Source: a virus
Lineage: Duplodnaviria > Caudoviricetes
DNA length: 64,000 nucleotides
Reading direction: 5' to 3' (one strand)
IMG/VR virus record: IMGVR_UViG_2939702853_000004
Span: 1 to 64,000 of that record
Of this stretch, positions 54,342 to 64,000 are shown in pieces. The notes under the pieces were generated by a model. That model did no database searches and had not been told where the DNA came from. It was given only the letters and a program-made list of their open reading frames with translations. The position numbers were made by a program, and so were the translations under genes. The first letter of the stretch is position 1. Each line of letters opens with the position of its first letter.

Positions 54342-55721
54342 CTATTCGATTAACCCCAATTTAATTGCAGCATATCTGGCTCTTATTGATAATTTTTCTG
54401 CCGAGTCTTTTTCAATTAATTCAACTTTTTGATCGTCTCTGTCTATGAAGTCCATGATTGCATGATCGACATGTGAGGTGCAGACTATTACAATATCCGA
54501 TCTTCTCACTTTGCCTTCAACTATATGATAAGATTCTTCGAAAGGATTGTGCGTCTCTACATTGAAGCCATGAGAGCTTAGTCTATGAGAGTATTCAGAA
54601 ATGTTCCTTGATCCAACAACTAAGATATTTAGACCTTTGCCAAATTTTAAATATTCTTTCTTGTTTGTTGAGCTGTCTTTTTTCTCGATAGTGATGGTTT
54701 CATTGTTTTTTTCAAAAGAATCATAATACACGTAAAATACATAAGCAGTTCCATCTTCATATATTGCTGCACTTGCTGGTAAGTCGGGAATAAGTTTAGT
54801 CTTTGACGATGTTATTAGATATACCTTATTGTTTAAGTCATAAAAATACCATTGATCTTCCTCTTTTACTATAAATCCATAGTCCTTGTAGCTTGAGTCT
54901 GCAATCTTATTCTTATGAGCAATTTGTTGAATTCGTTTTTGTCTCTCTTCTTTTTCTTGTATTTCGGCTAAGTGTTTAATGCGAAGATATTTAGTATACA
55001 TTTTATTTAATGGATAGAACGAAAATACGCTTTTATAAACAAGCCTCTCATCCAATAATGAAAATAGCTTAGCTAGGGAGATACTGTCGTATAGATTATC
55101 AACAATTTGCGAGTTCTTTTTTAGTTCTTTCTCCATCTGCCTGTTCTTAAATTTAAGTCGTCCAAATTCTCCCATTAGGAGATTGTACTTTTTTTCTTGA
55201 ATCTTTCTGTTAGTCTCATTTCTAGCAATGACATCATTAAGATGGCCCATCTTTTTTTGTTCAATTTCAAGTTGCGTTTCTAGGGTTTCTTTTTCGTGTA
55301 ATAATTCCGATGAAGACAACCTTTTTAATTCTTTCGACAGCTTTTGGTTATTAATTTTTTCTTTTTCAAATAATAAAGATTGATTTCTTAATTCTTCTAG
55401 CAAGATAGATTGATTATAAATCGTTAATTTTAATGATTTTATAGTATTTTTTACTTTTATTCTTTCATTCTCTTCTATCGAATTCTCCTTACTAAATGCT
55501 TTGATATTTTCATTGCCCTTTTTTAGCTTTCTATTATCTCTTTTCAGCTTGGTGAATTTATTTAACAATTCCTCATATTCTTTTTTATAATCAACAGGCT
55601 GCTTTGCTTCTTGTTTAACTGTCTGTGTCTCCCTAACTTTTTTAAGAAGGAGATCATTTTTTCTTTTTTGTGCCACTTTATTTTTTTCATTCGCAACCTT
55701 TTTAAGTCTATTCTCAAACAT
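54342..55721 (-). CDS. Long coiled-coil protein with a C-terminal DUF2325-like domain
   Basis: K/E-rich coil; ILVVG...SDIVIVCTSHVDH C-terminus. Confidence 0.6.
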   Translation of the reverse strand: MFENRLKKVANEKNKVAQKRKNDLLLKKVRETQTVKQEAKQPVDYKKEYEELLNKFTKLKRDNRKLKKGNENIKAFSKENSIEENERIKVKNTIKSLKLTIYNQSILLEELRNQSLLFEKEKINNQKLSKELKRLSSSELLHEKETLETQLEIEQKKMGHLNDVIARNETNRKIQEKKYNLLMGEFGRLKFKNRQMEKELKKNSQIVDNLYDSISLAKLFSLLDERLVYKSVFSFYPLNKMYTKYLRIKHLAEIQEKEERQKRIQQIAHKNKIADSSYKDYGFIVKEEDQWYFYDLNNKVYLITSSKTKLIPDLPASAAIYEDGTAYVFYVYYDSFEKNNETITIEKKDSSTNKKEYLKFGKGLNILVVGSRNISEYSHRLSSHGFNVETHNPFEESYHIVEGKVRRSDIVIVCTSHVDHAIMDFIDRDDQKVELIEKDSAEKLSIRARYAAIKLGLIE

Positions 55722-55782
55722 TTTAACTCACACCCTTCTATGGTATTATACACGAAAGGCATGAAACAATTAAATAGGATGC

Positions 55783-56187
55783 TCATTGTGTCTCTAATTT
55801 AAAGTCGTATTGTGGCTTTAATGCTTTGCCCACCTTTCTTGCATCTCTACAACAGTTACCAGTACCACCCTTCGTCCCATCCCAAGCAGCAACAACAATT
55901 CGTGATTTATCTACCATGTATTCATTTCTTTTTTGCATTTCGCTACATGATACTCGCCAATTGGTACTCCCTCTACACCATACAGTGGCAGCTCGTCTAG
56001 ATAAACGACTTCATCTGCTGTATCTAGCATCTTCTTATACCACAGATGAGTTTCCCTGTCTGTCCACTTTATTGGCTGATTTTTAAATGGTGCAGCAACA
56101 ATATTGATTATGTGGGGAAGCACTTTTTCTTCATTCCTTGTACTGTCCAAAAGGCTATCTGGTCAAACCCGATTGCACCACCTGATA
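55783..56187 (-). pseudogene. 5'-truncated, frameshifted YspA/DUF1273 (SLOG) gene
   Basis: FISGGAIGFDQ, APFKNQPIKW, QKRNEYMVD and WDGTKGGTGNC are spread over different frames; the remnant starts exactly at repeat 56188. Confidence 0.8.
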
Positions 56188-56195
56188 TAAAATGT

Positions 56196-56735
56196 TCATT
56201 TTATCAACTTCATAATATCAACTGATGTGTCTATGTATGTTTTGTTGTCATAAATTAAAAAGTCTCTCCATTTATTCGCAAAGCCTTTTGCCTCATTTAA
56301 GGTATCAAAACCCTTGATATGAGTAGAATACGTAACTCCCGATTTTTCATATTCAATGAAGTCTTGATGATATCTGTATTTCTTTCCTGCAAACCAAGGA
56401 TCAATATAAGTACTTGTTCTATAGTCCCAAGGTTCCTTATATTGCTCCCACGTCTCAATTGGAAGTGGGACTTCACATTCTGCCCCTGCTACTATGACAG
56501 AATACTTTTTTCTGAAATAGTCTGATTTTGCATTTTGTCTTTTGCTTTCTGCGTGTTTTCTAATTGCTATTTGAAAATAAACAATAGGAGTTCGATACAG
56601 GAACTGTCTCCAGTAAGTAAAGTTCTTATAATGCTGCGGCTTGTCTTTGTTTAAAACCCAATCACTATCCATATGATATGTTAGATCTTTTTGAAGCCAC
56701 CAAGATTTACTGTCTATAATTTCATTGATATCCAT
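56196..56735 (-). CDS. Hypothetical phage protein
   Basis: 179 aa; only gene between repeats 56188 and 56754; RBS GGAGG. Confidence 0.75.
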   Translation of the reverse strand: MDINEIIDSKSWWLQKDLTYHMDSDWVLNKDKPQHYKNFTYWRQFLYRTPIVYFQIAIRKHAESKRQNAKSDYFRKKYSVIVAGAECEVPLPIETWEQYKEPWDYRTSTYIDPWFAGKKYRYHQDFIEYEKSGVTYSTHIKGFDTLNEAKGFANKWRDFLIYDNKTYIDTSVDIMKLIK

Positions 56736-58449
56736 AGTACCTCCAGCTTTCTATAAAATATGTATTTTAAAGACTTTGCCTTATAGTTTTCTTCCGCATA
56801 CGGGACAAAAATATATTTTAACTCCAAATAATGAACACTTAATACTGCGATTTCCAACTTCACTATCCTCTAAATAATTGCAACTATTAATAAAAACCGT
56901 ATAATCGCCTTTACCGTTGCTCATTAGTGGCTCCCTGTCTTCCGTCGGCCTTCCGGTACAGTGCTTACAAATATATTTTTCTTTAATCATTATCTTTCAC
57001 CGCGTAAGTATTCAAAATATTCTTGTATTATGTTTTCTATGCAAGGAAGTCCACCTTCTAAGTTGCCCAGATTAGAGCTGATCCCTCCAAGAAAATATTC
57101 CTGCAAGGCACATCTCGCTCTCATGTTTTTTAGTTCGTTTAATGCTCTACTAATCAACATATCATCATCTTCAGGAGTTGCAGGAATCTTAAGTGCGCTA
57201 CTTCTATTAATCAGTCTACTTAACGCTGATTGCGCTTCTACCAGATTAACCGGGTCATTATACTGTTTGTCAAACTCTTCTTGCGTCATTCCTATCACTC
57301 CCCATATATATCATTCTTAATCAAACACGCATTTTATAATGATTGTTTCTTCTGATTTATATATTCTTGATATATATCTTCAAAAGCTTCATCTTCTTGC
57401 TTCCACAAAGTTTCTGAGACATCTATTCCATATCCAGCGTTACATCCTTGTCGAAAAAAATAGTAACACAACTGCCTGAATTCATCGTTTTTTTTATGTA
57501 GGGCATGATTTATGGCTCCCACTTATATAATTCGTGGTTATCTTCTACCAACCTGTAAAAGTAAGAACTGTCATCGCCAGAATATTTTTGGTTAAGGAAA
57601 TCGACAATTGCTTTTCCATAGTAATCGCTCACATTCTTACACACTAAAGTATCACTTGCGTTTTCTCTGTTGAAATTATCGCGACTTTAATTATCTTTAT
57701 TTTTTTGCTCTTCTCCTCTTCCTTATAAAACAGACCTTTTATCTACATCCACCAGTATCGTCTCCACCAAAATAATCGGGGTAAGCAACTGTTATATCTA
57801 CTTCTTCGGCAATTCGATAAACTTTAAAGTTTCCAAATTTAGCATTCTTCACTTGTTGAACTCGCGTTACAACAGATTCAGCATCAACTATTTCACAAAC
57901 CTTAGTTACGCCAATATCACCAACAATAATAAATTTCATTTTTCATTGCTCTCCAATCTATGTAATCTTAATAAAAGAACTCATTTAGCTAATTTCTATG
58001 ATCGATTGTCCAAACAACTTCCTTGTGGTTATTACTTTGAGATTGAAATTTCCATCCATTGTTCGTCATCTCTAGAGCATGATTAAGATATTCTTCATAA
58101 TTCTCATATTCATAACTTTTAATTTCATACAAAAGTTTTGGCAAAATACCTTCCTCCTCTATACTTTCATATTTTAATTGTGCAACTTCACAATGATTAG
58201 CTTCTTTGTTGACCATCGACTCTGGAACTAAGTATCCCCTGCAAATCGGACATTTGTCATAATCAACTACCCATTTCTCTCCACAGCCTTCATAGTGAGA
58301 TAGATGAAATAAATGTCTCTTGGGTACTCCAATACATTGATACATTTTACTCACCTCTTTTCTGAATTGTTATGTATCTTTCCATAAATCAATTATAGCA
58401 TCCATCTTATTATATATCAATTAATTTAATTATTTTTGTTTATTAAAAT

Positions 58450-58471
58450 AAAAAACCTCCATTATAGGAGG
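58450..58471 (-). terminator. Rho-independent terminator after gp157
   Basis: CCTCC/GGAGG stem followed by a T run on the minus strand. Confidence 0.65.
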
Positions 58472-58477
58472 CTTGCA

Positions 58478-58990
58478 CTAACTTATACGCAAATGCTTTT
58501 TATCTGTTACTAATTCAACACCGTCAATAACTTCACCCTGTTTTACAGCAGCCAATAATCCCTTGGTGTCAATCTTATCGGGTTGTGGGATTCTATATAT
58601 ATTTGGAATAGCTTTTTCATTCACAATATTAATGGATGGAGGATTCTTTTGTAATCTAACCTTAAATAGACCTGCGTCTATCTTGTCAATCTTATTTACT
58701 TCTAATACAGCTTGAGTATAGCTCTTTAATCCTTCTACTTTGTTCTGAAGGTATTTGCGTTTTTTAGCTAAACGATCCTCTTCTTCTTTTAAGGCTTTGA
58801 TATCTCCCTCGATGTTTTTCATGAACTTAGCGATATTCTCTGCCTTATTACTAATCTCGTCTTCAATAGATTCTAGTGTCTCAATGTACAATTGCAAATC
58901 ATCTTCCGTTAAATCGTCGTTATCCCAAGCGGAATCTACAAAATTGTTAAATACTCTATATTGTTTCCCAAGCTCATATAACTTACTCAT
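58478..58990 (-). CDS. Siphovirus Gp157-family protein
   Basis: MSKLYEL...TLESIE...KAENIA...LKEEEDRL...QKNPPS...IP..Y...KID...K.G..I.G..L....LRI. Confidence 0.88.
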   Translation of the reverse strand: MSKLYELGKQYRVFNNFVDSAWDNDDLTEDDLQLYIETLESIEDEISNKAENIAKFMKNIEGDIKALKEEEDRLAKKRKYLQNKVEGLKSYTQAVLEVNKIDKIDAGLFKVRLQKNPPSINIVNEKAIPNIYRIPQPDKIDTKGLLAAVKQGEVIDGVELVTDKKHLRIS

Positions 58991-60798
58991 TCTATCTCAT
59001 CCTTCTATATGTATTATGGTAAAATCTATGTTTTACTCAGACCATTCAATCTTATTATTTTTATACTTCTGCATCTCGTCATTTAATTCCCATGCCACAT
59101 CTTTTACGATGCCTTTAATGTTGTATACATTTGTCATTCTTTCAATCCTCAGCATTTGATAGTGACACATACTAATCAATTTCTCTAAATGTGCTACTTT
59201 ATCTTCAAATTTAAAACCATGAGAGAAAAATCGTTTATCTTTAGCAATAGTCCATTCACCATCATCTTCATCAAAATAAATTAAGATTTCCGTGTTAGGA
59301 TGGTATTCATTTTGAAGGATATCCTTCACGATATTGCTTACCTCTTCCTTGTCACTGGTGCATGTTTGATAGCTCATTTATTTTCTCCTCTAAGTAAAGT
59401 TTACATTTTATCTCGTCTTAATGCTATCCAGAATAGAATTAATCCAATCAAAGCAAGCACATATCCTATGGGAAAGAACAAAATCGTAACAATTTTCTCT
59501 CCTCTGCTGAGACCATCAAAGATTGATTTAAACAATAACACATTTTTGCAACTATCAAACATGTCCTGTTCAGTAAATATCAAACACTATTCCTCCCATT
59601 CTAGAGCAATACATCCATATTGACTGCTTTCTTTAAGTACACAACCTTCAGGTGTGCAGGTCATTAGTTTATTGATGTGATCTTGTTTGTCGTGTAGTCT
59701 GATTGATTTGTCTTTGACACTAAAATGTACCGTTCTCTTTGATGGCTTACTGTCTTCGACTCCTAGAAATCCGATCCTCTCGCAACTAAGGGAATAATAG
59801 CTTCTGTCACCATATTTCTTGATACCATCGAATAGACTTCCTTTATACGTTCCTAAGTCCTTCGAACTGCGACCCTCACAATCCCCTTCAGTTGAGAACT
59901 TCCAAATGCCATGAACATCAAAATGTTCTTGTTCCATAGAACTGAGGAGCGCTGTCTTTTCTTCGATTTCTTTACGCAGTCTATCCATTTCACTAAATAC
60001 ACTCATTAACTCGCCTCACTTTAATCTTTGTAAAAGTCCTCTTTTACTTACTTCTATATGTAATCTCAACTGTCTTTTTGTATTCATCCACTCTTTGCCA
60101 CTTAAAGTCTTCAACAAACTCTCTTACATTCACATATTTATTTTGCTTCAGCATGTCAACAATCTTCTCTTGAACTTCTAGTGTCTTTTCAAACTTATAA
60201 AATGCCATCTTAGTCTTACTTCTCTTGAGAAAATAGGGAGCTGTCCCAGTTAAATAACAGTCCCTCCAGAAATGATCGTCATTTGCATATGTACAAACCA
60301 AAAACTCTACGTCACTTTTTTTATTTTGAATCAAATACCTTGCAATATCTTCCGCAATCCATCTAACCATTTGCTCTCTGGTCATCTTACTTTTTCTTCT
60401 CTCAAACCTTTTGTTGACTTTCTCCTTTGTAAAAAAGTAGGCCAAAGGAGTCATTAGCCAATACCAAAAACTCTCCAATTTTCTTTCAAAAAATACTTTG
60501 ATCTGATAAATCTTCACCTGTTCTATTTTCTCCTTTGATCAATGATTTCAAATGTATCTCATCCACCGAAATGAGCACTTTCTAAGTAAAGTTGCGATTT
60601 GATCAGAATTTAATCTTCTCGTATGTGTTCAATCTCTACATCATTTACTTCTTTTAATTCCCACTCTATAATTCCATCGGCATTAAATAACTCATGGTCA
60701 ATCTGACCAATGATATCATCACCATGATTCAATTCTTCTTCGTCGAAAACTATGTATCCTTTAATCTCTACTTTTCTCATATTTTCTCCCTCCCTACT

Positions 60799-61224
60799 TC
60801 ACAATCTTATCGTTTCTACATTCTTAATTGCAAAGAATTCGGGTTGATTATTTGTCTCTTCTGTCCATCTCCAAAAAGTATCTGTTAACATTTTGCCAAG
60901 CAGCCTTTTATCTTCATCTTTAAGTTTATCAAACCAGCCATCAGCAACTTCCCCAACTTGATCATACGTTTGCTCTAATACTTCATCAAGAACGCTATGA
61001 GGTGATAAATTGATTTCTGGATTACTCAACTGCCCAACATCAAATTCACATGCCGTATAATCTTATCAGTCAATATCCATGTTGTCTAAATATTCATCTG
61101 ATGGGTTCTTAAAGAATTCTTTTCCAGCTTCGATAGCTTGCTTCTTGGTATCGTACTCTCCATCTTCGCAGTCCCAATGCTCTTTATCACCAGTGTTATA
61201 CATCCACTTTCCTTTATTGCTCAT
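60799..61224 (-). pseudogene. Hypothetical phage protein with tandem in-frame stops (TGA TAA); paralog of 10715-11107
   Basis: ATG at 61224 with RBS AAGGAG is in frame with the 60799-61029 ORF, interrupted by GAC TGA TAA GAT. Confidence 0.65.
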
Positions 61225-61409
61225 AATCTTCTCCTTTTAATTGCTCAACTTTTGTTGCTATCATCCGGGTTCCGCTGGCTAATATGTAGAATATTTCTTC
61301 CAAATCTTCAAGCGAGTCACTAAAGCCTTCAGCTTCTAAGCTGACCCGATCATTTCCATCAATATTGAGAACAATTTTCTTCAATTGATCACTCCTTTGC
61401 TCCGTAAAA

Positions 61410-62099
61410 TCACGATTCTATAGCAACTGGACTGTTTGGGTAAATTCTATAATAATAATCTTCTAATATTTTTTTGCGTCCAGATATATCTTTAATTGAT
61501 GCCACTAATCCAACATCTACTTGTTGTAATTTAACAATCGCTTCCACTTGTTGATGACTCATAAAATCTCTGATTCCTTGATGTTTCTTTAGGCTATGTT
61601 TCTCTTTAAATTTTTTTGAAGTCATACCGAGCACAATCTTATTTATCATATCTGCTTCGTTGCTGTAATGAAACGGATTCGGATCTTCGTGAGACATTTT
61701 AATCATCGATGTTAATGCTGGATATTCAATTCGTGCCAATTGTCGTTCTTGAATAAACTTTTTCATTTCGTTGAATTTCTCTATGTATTTTATTTTAAAC
61801 TTTATTGCATTCTCACCTGTAAATCCCATTGCTAAAAGTGTAAATCCTTTTTCAGTCAACAAAAATTCAGGGTACTCCTTTCCTCGATCATTTTTATAGG
61901 ATGATTTTATAAAATTAATGTCCCAATCTGACTCCCCAATTTTGGGGAGTGAACTTTGAATATTGGAAATGTCTCTAAGTACATGATCGTGTCGTTTTGC
62001 AAATATTTCACCAACCTTTCTACTACTTACTACTGGAATACCATCAATTGCAGTGATTCCAAATTCGTCTCCCATAATGGTTTTTAATTTTTTACTCAA
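61410..62099 (-). CDS. Rha-family phage regulatory protein
   Basis: VSSRKV...F.KRHDHVLRDI, SYK..RGK.YP...LTEKGFTLLAMGFTG..A.KFK.KYI..FNEM. Confidence 0.92.
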   Translation of the reverse strand: MSKKLKTIMGDEFGITAIDGIPVVSSRKVGEIFAKRHDHVLRDISNIQSSLPKIGESDWDINFIKSSYKNDRGKEYPEFLLTEKGFTLLAMGFTGENAIKFKIKYIEKFNEMKKFIQERQLARIEYPALTSMIKMSHEDPNPFHYSNEADMINKIVLGMTSKKFKEKHSLKKHQGIRDFMSHQQVEAIVKLQQVDVGLVASIKDISGRKKILEDYYYRIYPNSPVAIES

Positions 62100-63683
62100 A
62101 TTCTATTTCCTTTCTATGTAAAATTCTTATTTTATAAAGTTATATGATTGGATCTCCACATTAAATCCATGTATCCGTCTTGACTATCAATTCCCCAATC
62201 TTCAAAAAACGACTCTACTGTTTCTTCCTTGGATATGACTATGAATAAATCCCCAAGCTTACTTATGTATGTTTTTTGAGCTTCGTTTAAGTAGTCGCTT
62301 TTACCTTCCCACCGGACATAGATTTCATCCTTTGAATCATCATCATACACAATATCAATAACGACAATATCGCCATTAGTAAGACGATCAAAAGTGTTTT
62401 GTTTATAGTTATTATCTTCTATAACAGATACTTGATAGTCTGTATTTGCATTTCTATTAACAACAATTGAAAAAGTGTCGCAGGTATCCATAAATCTAAT
62501 GTCGCCATAATGTCGAATAATGCTTTTTTTAATATTGGTGACGCTAAAATTTCCTATGTGGTTAGCCTCAACCGATAAAGATTCACAATTTTCAAAACCA
62601 AATACGATCTCTTTTAATTTTTTCAATTAATCACTCCTTACTTTTATTGGCTCTTGCATTAGCCATCCTATTAGCAGCGGCCTGTCTCTGTTCGGGCGTC
62701 CAGTTACGTCCACTGCTTTTCTTTCGGAATGAAACCTGTTCATAATCTACTTTGTAGTATTTGTTGCCTTCTGCGTCAACCTTGTAAGCTTCAAATCCTG
62801 CTTTCTCCATTTTATTTTGAAGTTTACTTGAAGCAGAGAATATCTCCCACTCATTAGTTTCGTCATTACAAACACACACCGTTTCACGCTCAATCGCCGT
62901 ATAACTCAATAAATATCAACTCCTTCGTTTTTATTTCAACTTCGTCTTACCCTGTTCTGCCAGTATGTAAATTTCATTGCCTACTGGATCGTATCCATAT
63001 ATGACTTTTATCTCTTCATTCTGTTCAACACGAATGATCAAACTTTTACCATCTAAGTCGTCCCATTCAAAGATGGGGACATTTTTAAATAATTTCATTA
63101 TTCACCTCTAGAAAAGGTTAATTTTATTAGTCTCATTTTGTTTTAAAATTGCTTTCTTAAGTGTATTAAAAGCTTTTCGTGCCTTCTTTGAAGTAGGGAC
63201 TTCTTCGTGCAGTGCCGATACTACATGTTCAGTATTTATCAGCTTAACTTTTTCACTTTCCGTTTTTCTACCTTCAAGAAATGCTCCTCTTAATTCAATT
63301 TCTTTCAATGCCTCATCTCTGCTCTTCTCATCATCATATTCAACATCTACCCAATATTCCATTATCCCATCGACTCTATGGACAACCTCTACTATTTCAT
63401 GTTGATTTCCACTAATACTTATAGTTTCACCCTTGTCTAGTAACCTATGGAATTGGTCTGTTTCTTTAAGTGTAGCGAGTTCTGAGTCTTTGACTTTTTT
63501 ATACCCCAAACGCCCATCATTATTCGATTTGTCATTGTATTTAAACTCTTCGTTATCTATGGAGCAACCCCACCAACTTAAAGGTTGATTTCTCTCCATA
63601 TAATAAATTTTCTTAGTGATTCTAGCCTTTATAATACTCTTCATTTAATATGTACCTCCTAGTAAAAGTTTCATTTTACTCAA

Positions 63684-64000
63684 TTAATCTTTTACATACA
63701 TCTTCAATCTCTCATCAATAATTTCTATGTATTCTTCTGAAATCTCAAATCCTATGTATTTTCTATCGTTCAATAAAGCCATTTTAGCTACAGTACCGCT
63801 TCCCATGAAGGGGTCTAAGATAACATCTCCTTCATTGCTCCAACTAAGAATGTGATCTTCTGCCAACTTTTCAGGAAAAATTGCTGGATGCTTGAATGCC
63901 ACTTTATCTAAAGTTGATTTTTGATGTCCATTTGCTATTCTCCATATGTTATATCTGACTCCGTATTCCTTAAGCAAGTTTTGTTTATTATGTCTGACCT
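63684..64000 (-). CDS. DNA N4-cytosine/N6-adenine methyltransferase (beta class), C-terminal part; 5' end lies outside the window
   Basis: HPAIFPEKL...SNEGDVILDPFMGSGT...IGFEIS; frame open to the window edge. Confidence 0.9.
   Translation of the reverse strand, partial: VRHNKQNLLKEYGVRYNIWRIANGHQKSTLDKVAFKHPAIFPEKLAEDHILSWSNEGDVILDPFMGSGTVAKMALLNDRKYIGFEISEEYIEIIDERLKMYVKD

Larger units (their letters stand above)
8037..63678. repeat. Dispersed palindromic gene-boundary repeat family (r)TAAAA-N6-TTTTA(y), about 48 copies
   Basis: Perfect copies start at 8037, 10624, 14282, 16171, 16425, 17576, 18813, 27752, 28505, 29565, 32584, 35941, 39503, 40562, 40810, 41488, 41898, 48880, 49998, 50751, 51678, 52435, 53536, 54270, 56188, 56754, 57726, 59020, 60031, 62119 and 63663. 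TCAAA/TTTGA variants at 11648, 12516, 46714, 48069, 48578, 49415 and 57321. Other one-mismatch copies at 12995, 13441, 29176, 31720, 39956, 49732, 51236, 57972, 59395 and 61405. Confidence 0.9.
1804..64000 (-). mobile_element. Large SPbeta-like temperate prophage integrated in spoVK (one arm; continues past the window end)
   Basis: Terminal serine integrase, AT-rich DNA, co-oriented phage replication and nucleotide-metabolism genes, Rha, Gp157 and many small ORFs. Confidence 0.95.

Noticed and set aside
10715-61224. Stop-codon reassignment as the explanation for in-frame stops
   Set aside because: TAG, TAA and TGA all occur as premature stops and all end intact genes. Frameshifts co-occur and no suppressor tRNA was seen.
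61931-61950. Palindrome ACTCCCCAA-TT-TTGGGGAGT inside rha
   Set aside because: Real, but similar short palindromes are common at this position in Rha/antirepressor genes; a single copy with no further support here.
8037-63678. Boundary repeats as a CRISPR array or as terminators
   Set aside because: Spacing is irregular and gene-sized, the core is variable and no cas genes are present. The A/T-only 5-bp stems are too weak for intrinsic terminators.
1-64000. tRNA/rRNA genes, arbitrium genes, structural or lysis genes, a tyrosine recombinase, a recombination directionality factor
   Set aside because: None recognisable by eye in this window. They may lie in the rest of the prophage; tRNAscan/HMM searches are needed to exclude them.

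Overview
The first ~1.8 kb is GC-richer host chromosome, probably Paenibacillus (inferred from protein sequence and gene order). It holds hflX and the 3' half of the sporulation gene spoVK. From ~1804 to the window end lies one arm of a large, AT-rich, SPbeta-like prophage that a large serine recombinase has inserted inside spoVK; almost all of its genes are on the minus strand. This arm encodes a replisome (DnaE, DnaB-like helicase, primase, RecJ, ATP-dependent ligase, RusA), nucleotide metabolism (nrdD, nrdIEF, thyX, MazG-like), a ParM/RHH partition pair, a DpdA/TGT-like enzyme with a VUT transporter, a Ter-like relic, homing endonucleases and dozens of small accessory ORFs, several of them broken. 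Main observations: (1) about 31 perfect and about 17 one-mismatch copies of a palindrome TAAAA-N6-TTTTA with a variable 6-bp core sit at gene boundaries and cut the arm into one-to-few-gene units, resembling an undescribed phage gene-cassette system; (2) the phage interrupts host spoVK yet carries its own full-length spoVK behind a sigma-E-like promoter, and the two copies share an exact 60-bp patch; (3) the integrase reading frame runs through the att junction; (4) dnaE, recJ, primase and helicase all appear to start at ATA or ATT. All counts and coordinates were read by eye and need confirming by computation.
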